Under the pieces are notes generated by a model, which saw only the letters and a list, made by a program, of their open reading frames with translations, was not told where the DNA came from and did no database searches. A stretch of 64,000 nt of DNA from an uncultured bacterium (GTDB taxonomy: Bacteria; Hydrothermota; Tepidihabitantia; B3-TA06; CAYQJV01), in assembly GCA_964417925.1 (NCBI GenBank), contig CAYQJV010000006.1, positions 2,232 to 66,231 on the forward strand. Reading direction: 5' to 3'. Both the position numbers and the translations under genes were made by a program. This document shows positions 1-9,121 of this stretch, one piece after another; within the stretch, counting starts at the first letter, position 1, and every line of letters starts with the position of its first letter.

Positions 1-1014
1 AAATGGAGAAAAATCATTCAATCTAATTTTACTTCTTTTAGAAAGAAGAGAATAGAAAAAACCGTTGAATCTGTACTCTCATGGGTGAGAGAAAATATAA
101 GAAAAGAAGAAAATAGAGGATACTTTGGCCCAATGATGAATCCAGCAGATGTGTACACAGCAGAAAAAGCAACAGAGATTGAAAGATACATATTGGTTGT
201 AGGAATATTAAGAAGCCTTGGAATTCCTGCAAGAATAAAGTGGAGTTACGATGCTATAGAATACTGGAATAATGGATGGAAAGAAGTAAAATTTGAAAAA
301 AAGATAACCAAAGAAAAAACTAAAAAAGCATGGATTGCATTGAAATTTGTTGATAATGCTGGAAATGACATTACATCAAAGCAAAGATACTACTATGATT
401 ATAGTATTACAAGATTTGAAAAATACCCTGAGAGACTTGAACCTCCGATAGACACATCAAAAGGCTACTTAGTGGTTACTTTGGATGATAAACCAGTCTA
501 TGTGGTTACTGGGTGGAGAAATGGATATGGAGATACTTATGTAAGGATAAAAAAGGTAATACCTACAAGGGATACAGCAAAGATTACTGTGAATACAGGT
601 ATCCCTGAGAAAGTAAAACCTGGAGAGCTCGTGGTAAGAAAATATACAGGGCTAAAGGTATCAATGCTTGGAATAAATGAAAAAGAATTAAAAAAAGGAA
701 AGGTACTTTTAATCGTTTTTGATACAGAATCTGAAGCTTCCAAATCAACTTTACAGAACGCAAAAGATGTAATAAATGGCTTTAATGGGAAGGTTTATCT
801 CTTTGCAGTGGCTGATAGAAAAACTGCAGAAGAATTTTTAAAAGAAACTGGAATATACAAGGGAAATCTCTACACAATTACAGAAGAGATATACAGGAAG
901 CAATGGCACATAAAAAATCTTCCTTCCATCATTTATTTAGAAAACAATAAATGTATATTGTGGTTGGAAGGATTAATACTGCACCTCTCAAAATTGCTAA
1001 AAAACTTAAAATAA
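1..1014 (+). CDS. Transglutaminase-like domain protein with C-terminal thioredoxin-like fold (5'-partial)
   Basis: Frame is open from base 1. ILRSLGIPARI is the transglutaminase-core motif; C-terminal WHIKNLPSIIYL resembles the thioredoxin cis-Pro strand. Confidence 0.6.
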   Translation, partial: KWRKIIQSNFTSFRKKRIEKTVESVLSWVRENIRKEENRGYFGPMMNPADVYTAEKATEIERYILVVGILRSLGIPARIKWSYDAIEYWNNGWKEVKFEKKITKEKTKKAWIALKFVDNAGNDITSKQRYYYDYSITRFEKYPERLEPPIDTSKGYLVVTLDDKPVYVVTGWRNGYGDTYVRIKKVIPTRDTAKITVNTGIPEKVKPGELVVRKYTGLKVSMLGINEKELKKGKVLLIVFDTESEASKSTLQNAKDVINGFNGKVYLFAVADRKTAEEFLKETGIYKGNLYTITEEIYRKQWHIKNLPSIIYLENNKCILWLEGLILHLSKLLKNLK

Positions 1015-1020
1015 AATTAT

Positions 1021-3096
1021 TTAAGTAGGATTCCAGCCATATTTGATAAAAGAAAATAACCTCTCCTTTTCCTCCTCAGGGAGAGGTGCATAATGAGAAA
1101 ACTGAATTGTAAGAGAAGCTCTCCCTTGCGAAAGAGACCTCAATGTAGTTGCATAACCAAAGGCATTTGCAAGAGGAACATATGCATGGATTAAGTTCCC
1201 TCCTTTAACAACTTCTATCTTCTCCACCTTTCCCCTTCTTGCATTTAAATCAGTAATTATCCCTCCCATGTATTCCTCAGGAGTAACTATTTCCACCTTC
1301 ATTATTGGTTCAAGCAATACAGGATTTGCTTTATTGAAAGCCTTTCTAAATGCTTCAGAAGCTGCACTTTTGAAAGCAAATTCATCCGATTCATTTTCTC
1401 TATATTCTGCATCTATAAGTATTGCTTTTATATTCGTAACAGGATATCCTGCAAGAACTCCTGCAGAAAACGATTCCTGGATAGCATAAACCGCTGCATC
1501 GGTAAGAAACTTAGGTACCTTAAGATGGTCCACAAAATTTAAAACTTCTGTCCCCCTATCTTTTGGTTCTACCCTTACCTTTACCTTTGCGTATACGGAT
1601 TTTCCAGCAATCTGCCTTGCAAAGGTAACTTCCTCCTCTGCTGAGGAACTCACAGTTTCTCTATAGGAAACCTGAGGTTTACCAACATGAAGGGGAACTT
1701 TGTAATCCCTTTTTAATCTATCCACCACAATCTCCAGATGCAGTTCACCCATACCTGCGATTAATCTTTGCCCTGTCTCAGGATCCACTCTAACTTGTAG
1801 TGTTGGGTCTTCAAGCATCATATTTTTAAGACTTCTTTCCAACCTCGGTTCATCTTTTCTCGTTACCGGTTCAATTGCTCTGTAAACTACAGGCTCGGGA
1901 AATTCCATCTGTTCAAATGCAATGGGATGTTTTTGATCTGCAATTGTATATCCTGTTTTTATATCTATCAATCCTGCAACCATCCCTATTTCTCCTGCTT
2001 CAAGTTTATCAACCTCCTCTGTCTTATCAGCATGAACCAAAAATAATTTTAAAGCTCTTGCTCTCTTCATAGAAGGAATCACCATCACGGTTTGACCTTT
2101 TCTTATTACACCTGAATAAACCCTGACATAAGAAAGCAGTCCAAGATGAGGATTTGAAACTATTTTAAAAATCAAAGCAGAAAACGGAGCCTCAGGAGAT
2201 GGAGGTCTCTCCTCCTCTCTTCTATTCACAGGATTTATCCCTTTCATAGGAGGTATATCCAAAGGAGAAGGAAGGTAATCTATAATAGCATCAAGCAGTT
2301 TTTGAATTCCTTTATTTTTTAATGCAGCTCCACACAATACGGGTACAATTTTTCCTTCTATGGTTAGTCTTCTTATCACATCTATTATTTTTTTAACCGG
2401 AATTTCTTTTTCCTCAAAATAAAGCGAAAGAATTTCATCATCATACTCAGAAAGAACATTCATAATATGTTCTTTATACTCCATAACTTTATTTTTGTAT
2501 TCCTCAGGAATCTCTATGGTATAGTACTCTGCTCCAAGCGTCTCATCTTTCCAAACATAAGCTTTCTCTTCAATTATATCTATCACTCCTTTAAATTCTT
2601 TTGAAACTCCAAGAGGATACTGTATAGGTAAAGGAATCTGAGTAAACTTCTTACGCATCATATCCACGACATTTTCAAAGTCTGCTCCAATCCTGTCCAT
2701 CTTATTTACAAAAGCTATTCGTGGAATTTTGTATTTATCTGCTTGTCTCCATACTGTCTCTGATTGAGGTTCTACACCTCCTACTGCACAGAAAACCACA
2801 ACTACCCCATCCAAAACTTTTAAAGCCCTTTCTACTTCTATTGTGAAGTCCACATGCCCTGGAGTATCTATAATATTTATTCTATAATTCTTCCAGTAAC
2901 ATGTGGTTGCCGCAGAAGTTATAGTAATTCCTCTTTCTTTCTCTTGAATCATCCAGTCCATGGTAGCAGACCCTTCATCAACCTCTCCCATTCTGTATAT
3001 CTTACCAGTATAGTAAAGTATTCTCTCTGTAGTGGTGGTTTTACCTGCATCTATATGAGCTGCTATACCTATATTTCTAAGCTTTTTTAGTTCCAT
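1021..3096 (-). CDS. fusA: Elongation factor G (canonical G domain, divergent domain IV)
   Basis: RNIGIAAHIDAGKTTTTERIL, ERGITI, DTPGHVDF, NKMD, GMGELHLEI; 691 aa. Confidence 0.95.
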   Translation of the reverse strand: MELKKLRNIGIAAHIDAGKTTTTERILYYTGKIYRMGEVDEGSATMDWMIQEKERGITITSAATTCYWKNYRINIIDTPGHVDFTIEVERALKVLDGVVVVFCAVGGVEPQSETVWRQADKYKIPRIAFVNKMDRIGADFENVVDMMRKKFTQIPLPIQYPLGVSKEFKGVIDIIEEKAYVWKDETLGAEYYTIEIPEEYKNKVMEYKEHIMNVLSEYDDEILSLYFEEKEIPVKKIIDVIRRLTIEGKIVPVLCGAALKNKGIQKLLDAIIDYLPSPLDIPPMKGINPVNRREEERPPSPEAPFSALIFKIVSNPHLGLLSYVRVYSGVIRKGQTVMVIPSMKRARALKLFLVHADKTEEVDKLEAGEIGMVAGLIDIKTGYTIADQKHPIAFEQMEFPEPVVYRAIEPVTRKDEPRLERSLKNMMLEDPTLQVRVDPETGQRLIAGMGELHLEIVVDRLKRDYKVPLHVGKPQVSYRETVSSSAEEEVTFARQIAGKSVYAKVKVRVEPKDRGTEVLNFVDHLKVPKFLTDAAVYAIQESFSAGVLAGYPVTNIKAILIDAEYRENESDEFAFKSAASEAFRKAFNKANPVLLEPIMKVEIVTPEEYMGGIITDLNARRGKVEKIEVVKGGNLIHAYVPLANAFGYATTLRSLSQGRASLTIQFSHYAPLPEEEKERLFSFIKYGWNPT

Positions 3097-4453
3097 TTAA
3101 AGAGATTTTTTTTATCATCTCCTCAATAATGGAAGACGCCTTTCTTACATCAGAAGGCAAACATACCTCTATCTGAATACCTTCTTTATCAAATTTCACC
3201 ATTGGATTTGTATTTATCATAACCATAGGATCCTTTATCTTATTTTTTAAAAAATGGTATGCAAAAACTCCCACCTGGGTTGATTCAGTATCTGAAGGAT
3301 TCACCAAAATTACAAGCCCATCACATTTCTTGGCAAAAGCCTCCCAGAGAGGGGCAAACCTTTTTAACCCAGGAAGTCCGTAGAGGTTAACAACAGAATC
3401 CTCATAATGAATCTTTGCAAAATTAACATCCCCTTCCCCAGAAAAATATGGAGTTTTTGCAGCATTTTTTATAAATAGATTCCTCTCTGCTGTATTCTTG
3501 CCTATAACCATGATATTAATAACCTTTTTCCCTCTTGTTTCTTTTCCTTTTCCCTTTATCTCAATATTACCCTCTTTCTCCAGTTCCTCAAGGAGTAAAA
3601 GAGTTCTGTACTCACTGAAGGGAGATTGCTCAAGAATATTCTTAATCTTCTCCTCTCCCTCCCTCTTTATTACCAGCTTTAACTCATCATCTTCAGGAAT
3701 TTTTTTAATCACAATCACACTTTCAGGATTCCATTTTTCCTTCATTCTTTCTGCTTCGTCTCTCTGCCTTAATACTTCAAGAATTGTTTCATCTGCACCA
3801 GTATGAATGGTTTCAACTACTTTCTCTTCTACAGATTGTTCCATCTCAAACTCTCCTTTATCCCATGACAAAATGGTATACAAAGCATCCATACCTCTTC
3901 TTCTACCTGTTTGTGCATCTATTATCTTACCTTCTTTTACCCATACAGTTGCAGTATCTCCATTTCTTTTTATCCTTATTGTGGCTGTTCTATTACCGTA
4001 GTGTAGAAGTTGAAGAAGATCTGTTATCGGAATATCCTCAAATCTTCCTTTAGTAACAGGTGTCTCTATGGTTTTTTTATACCTCTCATATCTGTCAAGA
4101 AGGATTTCTATTCGTGCTAAAAGTTCCTCTCTATCAAAAGGTTTTGCAATATAATCATCTGCACCAAGTTTAAGCCCCTTAACCTTATTTTCTACATCTC
4201 CCAAGGCAGAAAGAAATATAAAAGGTAAATTCTTATACTCCTTTTGTTCTCTCACCTTTCTACAAAATTCATAACCATCCATCTCAGGCATCATTACATC
4301 TGCAATTATAAGATCTGGAGATTCGGTTTTTAAAAGGTTAAGCCCTTCCTTCCCGTTGGATGCCTTTATGGTGATGTATCCTTGTTTAGAAAGAATTATT
4401 TCAAGCAGTGCGAGATGATGGGGGTCGTCTTCCACAATGAGAATTTTCTTCAT
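3077..4453 (-). CDS. Response regulator: REC + DUF4388-like + degenerate small-GTPase-like domain
   Basis: KILIVEDD, DVMMPEMDG, YIAKPF; GRFEDIPITDLLQLL..TATIRI..G.IIDA..WDKGEF; LYGLPGLKRFAPLW..DGLVILVN. Start moved to ATG 4453, which overlaps the upstream TGA (ATGA). Confidence 0.8.
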   Translation of the reverse strand: MKKILIVEDDPHHLALLEIILSKQGYITIKASNGKEGLNLLKTESPDLIIADVMMPEMDGYEFCRKVREQKEYKNLPFIFLSALGDVENKVKGLKLGADDYIAKPFDREELLARIEILLDRYERYKKTIETPVTKGRFEDIPITDLLQLLHYGNRTATIRIKRNGDTATVWVKEGKIIDAQTGRRRGMDALYTILSWDKGEFEMEQSVEEKVVETIHTGADETILEVLRQRDEAERMKEKWNPESVIVIKKIPEDDELKLVIKREGEEKIKNILEQSPFSEYRTLLLLEELEKEGNIEIKGKGKETRGKKVINIMVIGKNTAERNLFIKNAAKTPYFSGEGDVNFAKIHYEDSVVNLYGLPGLKRFAPLWEAFAKKCDGLVILVNPSDTESTQVGVFAYHFLKNKIKDPMVMINTNPMVKFDKEGIQIEVCLPSDVRKASSIIEEMIKKISLNGTKKA

Positions 4454-5955
4454 CTCTCTACTGTGGGTAAAACAAACCAAAACATTGCTCCTGCTCCTTC
4501 TTTGCTCTGAACACCTATCTTCCCTCCATGAGCTTCTATTACCAGTTTCGAAATTGCAAGTCCTAAACCTATTCCTTCCTTCTTTGTGTCTGCCTTTCTG
4601 TATTTTTCAAAAATATATGGCAGTTTATCCGCAGGAATACCGGGACCTTCATCCTTTACAGCAATCTTTATCCATTCTTTACCATCCTTTAAAAACTTTG
4701 AATGTTTTATGGTAATTTTTTTCCCCCTTGGGGTATATTTAATGGCATTATCTAAAAGATTTATTATCACTCTTATTATTCTTTCTTTATCCACCAGTGC
4801 ATAACTATCCTCTTCAAAACCTTTGCATACAATCTCTACTCCTTTCTCTTGGGCTACCAGCTCTAAACTTCTTATAGAGATATTCACAAGTTCTCTTATA
4901 TTTACCTTTTCCTTTTTCAGCTCCACCTTTCCCCTCTCCAGCCGTGAAACTTCAAGAAGCTCATTGATCATGGTAAGTAATCTCATTCCATCTTCTCTTG
5001 CATTTATAAGGATATTATAAAACTTCTCTTCTATCTGTCCCAACAGTATTTCTGAAAGAAGATCAAGAGCTCCCATAATAGATGTAAGAGGAGATCTCAA
5101 ATCATGAATTACCATTGCAGTAAAATCTGCCTTCATTCTGTCAATCTCTTTTTGCCGGGTTACATCATAAAACAACATACACGTACCTATCCTTGCACCA
5201 TTAAATCCTCCAACTATGTTTATTTTCAAATTATAGTACCTATCTTTTATTTTCACTTCTACATCCTTGCCAGGAGTTTTAATCAATTCGGTAATTCTTT
5301 TCTTATCCTCCTCTCCAAATACTGTTGTAATATCATCCCCTGGTTTAATGTCGAACCTTTCTTCTGCTTCTTTGTTTACTATCTCTATTTTGTTTTCTCT
5401 GTCCAGCAACACCACAGGTTCTGGAAGAGAAGAAAGTAACGCTTTAAGTTTACTTTTCTCTTCATTAAGTTTTCTAAAAAGTGCCGCATTTCTCACTGCA
5501 ATGGCAACTTCATTTGCAAGATTCTCCAAAAACTTTATATCCTCAGGAGTATAAGGATTTTTTCTCTTGACTTCAAAATTTAATATACCTATCACCTTTT
5601 CTTCATCTCTTAAAGGAACCACCAGTTCCGATTCCACATCCGGTCTCGCTGCAATGTATCTTTTATCCTTTTTTACCTCAGGTACATACACTGTTTCATT
5701 TTTCATTGCTGCATACCCAGCAAGACCATTCCCCAATTTTATCTCATACAGTTCAAAAGCCTCTGACATTTGAATCACACTACCGTTTGATGCTCTTATT
5801 GGCTTTAAAACCTCATTTTCTACCACTGCAATATCCACATAATCTGCTATTCCATACTCTTTTATCCTTTGGTATACGAGTTCTAAAATCTCTTCTAAAT
5901 CAAAACTCTTTATTATTGCATTGGTTATATCTAAAAGTATTTTACTTTTTTCCAT
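4450..5955 (-). CDS. GAF-PAS sensor histidine kinase
   Basis: GAF (GLAGYAA, SELVVPL, VIGIL), PAS, H-box HDLRSPL, NLLDNAIKY, DEGPGI, GLGLAI. Confidence 0.92.
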   Translation of the reverse strand: MEKSKILLDITNAIIKSFDLEEILELVYQRIKEYGIADYVDIAVVENEVLKPIRASNGSVIQMSEAFELYEIKLGNGLAGYAAMKNETVYVPEVKKDKRYIAARPDVESELVVPLRDEEKVIGILNFEVKRKNPYTPEDIKFLENLANEVAIAVRNAALFRKLNEEKSKLKALLSSLPEPVVLLDRENKIEIVNKEAEERFDIKPGDDITTVFGEEDKKRITELIKTPGKDVEVKIKDRYYNLKINIVGGFNGARIGTCMLFYDVTRQKEIDRMKADFTAMVIHDLRSPLTSIMGALDLLSEILLGQIEEKFYNILINAREDGMRLLTMINELLEVSRLERGKVELKKEKVNIRELVNISIRSLELVAQEKGVEIVCKGFEEDSYALVDKERIIRVIINLLDNAIKYTPRGKKITIKHSKFLKDGKEWIKIAVKDEGPGIPADKLPYIFEKYRKADTKKEGIGLGLAISKLVIEAHGGKIGVQSKEGAGAMFWFVLPTVER

Positions 5956-6322
5956 AATTCTCTATTATTCTTTCTATTTCCTTATCCAACGTTCTTGTAT
6001 TGATTGGCTTTGTTATATATCCCCAACAACCAACCCTTTTTGCTTTTTCCTCTTCCTCTGAAGTTGCATATGCAGTTACAGCAATAAGAGGTATATCTCT
6101 AAGCTTTTCTTGATTTTTAATCCACTCTGCAACTTCATATCCAGAGATCCCGGGAAGTTGTAGATCAAGAAGAATCACATCCACAGTACTTTTAGAAAGA
6201 ATCTCCATCGCTCTTTTACCATCCTCAGCCTCCAATACCTCGTATCCTTTCATTTCCAATACTACCCTTATCAATTCCAGATTATGCCTGTTATCTTCAA
6301 CTACCAGAATCTTTTTTGACAT
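5942..6322 (-). CDS. Single-domain response regulator (DivK-like)
   Basis: ILVVEDN, LLDLQLP, AVTAYA, YITKPI. Confidence 0.92.
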   Translation of the reverse strand: MSKKILVVEDNRHNLELIRVVLEMKGYEVLEAEDGKRAMEILSKSTVDVILLDLQLPGISGYEVAEWIKNQEKLRDIPLIAVTAYATSEEEEKAKRVGCWGYITKPINTRTLDKEIERIIENYGKK

Positions 6323-7826
6323 AATTTTTTATCACCTTCTTTAACTCTTCTTTCAATTCTTCCTTGGTAATCTCTGTTTTTCTAAATATGGCCTTTATAT
6401 TGTGACCTAACTTTTCTTTCTCCTCTGGGGTTAGTTCCTTAGCTGTAAAGATTACAACAGGCCTATCCTCTTCTCCCTCCATCAACTTCATAACATCAAA
6501 TCCACTTATATCAGGCATCAAAAGATCCAGAATTATAAGGTCGGGTTTATCCTGCCTTATTTTTTTTATTCCCTCTACTCCAGAAAAAGCCTTCTCCACA
6601 TGAATACCTTCTATTTTCAGTACCTCTTCAAGGAAAATAGCGTCAGAGGGATTGTCATCAATTACAAGTACCTTTATCCTATCTTTCTTTTTGGTAAACA
6701 CTTTCTTTATTCTATCCAAAAGTTCTGCTCTTGAAAAAGGTTTAACAAGATAGTCCACTGCACCAAGGTTTATACCAAAACTTTTATTTTCAACAATGGA
6801 ACATACAATTACAGGAATATCTCTGGTTTCTTTGTTTTCCTTAAGCCGGTATAATACCTGCCATCCGTCCATATCAGGCATTAAAATATCTAAGGTTATT
6901 AAAGCAGGCTTTTTGTATATAGCTTTTTCAATTGCCTCTCTTCCATTTTTAGCAATGATCACCTTATAACCTGCTTCCTCTAACCATACTCTCATCAATT
7001 TCTGAGCCAGGGGATTGTCCTCCACCACAAGAATGGTCTCTCCTTTAATTTCCTCACGAGACAAGCTCTCCAATTCTTCTATTTCTTTACCGTATTTTAC
7101 CATCGGAAGCCTCACTGTAAATTTTGTTCCTTTCCCTTCTTTACTCTCAACCTCTATATCTCCTCCCAGAAAATCAACGATTCTTTTAACAAGTGCAAGT
7201 CCAAGCCCAGTTCCTTCATATTTTCTGGTAGAGGAAGAATCTAATTGGTGAAACTCTCTAAATATCTCTGGAATGTCTTTTTCAGGAATTCCTATACCAG
7301 TATCTGCAACCTCTATTTTTATCTTGCCGTTTTCCTCTTCCACAGAAAACCTCACCTCCCCCTTTTCTGTAAATTTAACCGCATTACTCAAAAGATTATC
7401 TACAATCTGAATAAACTTCTTCCTATCGGTGATTACCAATGGTATCTCTTCATCAATCTCCACTTTAAAATCAATTCCTTTATTCTCTGCCTTTTTACGA
7501 TAAAGTTCAATCACCTCAGACAATATACTCCTTACCTCAACAGGCTCTGCTTCAAGTTCAACCATTCCTGCTTCAAATTTTGATAAATCAAGAATATCAT
7601 TTATAAGTCTCAATAAATGATTACCTGAGTTGTATATGATCTCAAGAAAATGTTTCTGTTTCTCAGTTAATTCTCCAGCAAGCCCATCAAGCAACAGCTC
7701 AGAAAACCCTATGATTGAATTCAATGGAGTCCTCAACTCATGACTCATGTTGGCAAGGAATCGTGATTTTAACTTTGAAAGCTCTATTATTTCTTCAGCT
7801 TTTTTTAAGTCCTGTTCATTCTCCAT
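6297..7826 (-). CDS. Hybrid histidine kinase HisKA-HATPase-REC-REC without input domain
   Basis: FLANMSHELRTPL near the N-terminus, NLLSNAVKFT, DTGIGI, GTGLGL, two receiver domains. Confidence 0.92.
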   Translation of the reverse strand: MENEQDLKKAEEIIELSKLKSRFLANMSHELRTPLNSIIGFSELLLDGLAGELTEKQKHFLEIIYNSGNHLLRLINDILDLSKFEAGMVELEAEPVEVRSILSEVIELYRKKAENKGIDFKVEIDEEIPLVITDRKKFIQIVDNLLSNAVKFTEKGEVRFSVEEENGKIKIEVADTGIGIPEKDIPEIFREFHQLDSSSTRKYEGTGLGLALVKRIVDFLGGDIEVESKEGKGTKFTVRLPMVKYGKEIEELESLSREEIKGETILVVEDNPLAQKLMRVWLEEAGYKVIIAKNGREAIEKAIYKKPALITLDILMPDMDGWQVLYRLKENKETRDIPVIVCSIVENKSFGINLGAVDYLVKPFSRAELLDRIKKVFTKKKDRIKVLVIDDNPSDAIFLEEVLKIEGIHVEKAFSGVEGIKKIRQDKPDLIILDLLMPDISGFDVMKLMEGEEDRPVVIFTAKELTPEEKEKLGHNIKAIFRKTEITKEELKEELKKVIKNYVKKDSGS

Positions 7827-7831
7827 GTTAA

Positions 7832-7859
7832 ATTTTAACTCTATATCTCAAAATGTCAA
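7832..7859 (-). promoter_or_regulatory. Sigma70 promoter, probably giving a leaderless transcript
   Basis: TTGACA-N16-TAAAAT, 5 nt before ATG 7826, no SD. Confidence 0.7.
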
Positions 7860-7900
7860 ATTTTTATAAAAACTGATAAATTTTAATCTGGTAACTTATG

Positions 7901-8383
7901 TTATGAAACTGCTTTTCTTAAAAAAGCCAAAGCATAAATTACTAAAATTATAAACAAGGTATTTTTTTCCATCATTGCGTTGGTAAGGTTAAACCTGGTT
8001 CTAACTATAGGAGCTTTTTTCAATCCCCGACTTTCTTCAAAAGCAAATAGGGAATAAATTAAAATGAATATTGATACAAATATCCAGAAAACCAAGAAAG
8101 GTGGATTATACAGAAAGAGCGTACCCAAGACAAGCAAGAAATTCCCCAAATACAAAGGATGATCTAACAACTTATATACTCCTCCTTTGTATCTTATCTT
8201 TGTAATCATTTCTCTATCTCTATAGTGAGGTCCTATATATCCTGCAGAAAAAAATCTCAAAACGCTCCCTGCAATATGAAGAATAATTGCAGGGAAAAAA
8301 TCTATTCTTTGAGAAGATATCCAAATCACTCCAAACCCTAATACCCCAAGTATGTCTCTTATCTTATAAATCTCTCGTATCAA
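7901..8383 (-). CDS. ICMT/PEMT-family membrane methyltransferase-like protein
   Basis: Hydrophobic helices; GGVYKLLDHPLYLGN and a late EE motif. Confidence 0.7.
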   Translation of the reverse strand: MIREIYKIRDILGVLGFGVIWISSQRIDFFPAIILHIAGSVLRFFSAGYIGPHYRDREMITKIRYKGGVYKLLDHPLYLGNFLLVLGTLFLYNPPFLVFWIFVSIFILIYSLFAFEESRGLKKAPIVRTRFNLTNAMMEKNTLFIILVIYALAFLRKAVS

Positions 8384-8706
8384 TAGATGTATATCTCTAT
8401 TTTCTTTCCATCCTCCTCAATATCCATTATTTTCTGAGGTTTTAATCTTTCTATCATTTCAATCAACTCCTTTTTAGTCATTCCTGTTTTTTCACGAAGG
8501 ATATGTTCAGGAACAAATTTCAAACCAAACTTTGCAAGAATTATAGGAACATTTACATCCACTCTCTTTCCTTGGGCTTTAATATGAATTGCAAGGTTTC
8601 TTGGTTTTTCTTCTGCAGTCTCAAGCACATTCAAAAGTTTTTCTGCTTCTTCTGCAGTTATCTTTTTTTCCGATACCATTTTGAGTATCCTTAATCTGGG
8701 ATCCAT
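8380..8706 (-). CDS. SHOCT-like domain protein (DUF2089 operon)
   Basis: N-terminal RLRILKMVSEKKITAEEAEKLL; VDVNVPI; C-terminal KKIEIYI. Confidence 0.7.
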   Translation of the reverse strand: MDPRLRILKMVSEKKITAEEAEKLLNVLETAEEKPRNLAIHIKAQGKRVDVNVPIILAKFGLKFVPEHILREKTGMTKKELIEMIERLKPQKIMDIEEDGKKIEIYIY

Positions 8707-8948
8707 TAACCCTCCTTTATTTTTTCAACTGCTTCATCAACCGAGATTTTTCCTTTCTCAACATCATTTAAAATTTTATCAACCTTAGGCTTTTTCTTTT
8801 TTATCTTTCTCACAATTATCCACGTTCCTAAAAGAATAATAAGCACAGGCCAATCTCTTGAAAAGTTGATAAAACCTATTCCAAGATTTGAAAACCATAT
8901 CCATAATCCTATAAAAAGAAGTATTATCCCAAATATCAATCTCTTCAT
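8706..8948 (-). CDS. Small 2-TM protein (DUF5668/LiaF-TM-like) with C-terminal SHOCT-like helix
   Basis: GIILLFIGLW..DWPVLIILLG; ILNDVEKGKISVDEA. Confidence 0.7.
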   Translation of the reverse strand: MKRLIFGIILLFIGLWIWFSNLGIGFINFSRDWPVLIILLGTWIIVRKIKKKKPKVDKILNDVEKGKISVDEAVEKIKEG

Positions 8949-9121
8949 TTTTTTCTCCTTTTTTTAACCCATGCTATCCCTTCAAGCAATGTTGCAAGTC
9001 CTATGATAACTATTATTACGGGCCAGTCCCTTGACCACTTGAAACTTGCTATACCGTAGTTTGCAAGCCATATCCATATACCCACACCTATTATAATGAT
9101 TCCCCAGAAAATACTCATCAT
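8945..9121 (-). CDS. Small 2-TM protein (DUF5668-like), 58 aa, absent from the ORF track
   Basis: Translated by hand: MMSIFWGIIIIGVGIWIWLANYGIASFKWSRDWPVIIVIIGLATLLEGIAWVKKRRKK. ATGA overlaps at both ends; paralogue of the next gene. Confidence 0.85.
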   Translation of the reverse strand: MMSIFWGIIIIGVGIWIWLANYGIASFKWSRDWPVIIVIIGLATLLEGIAWVKKRRKK

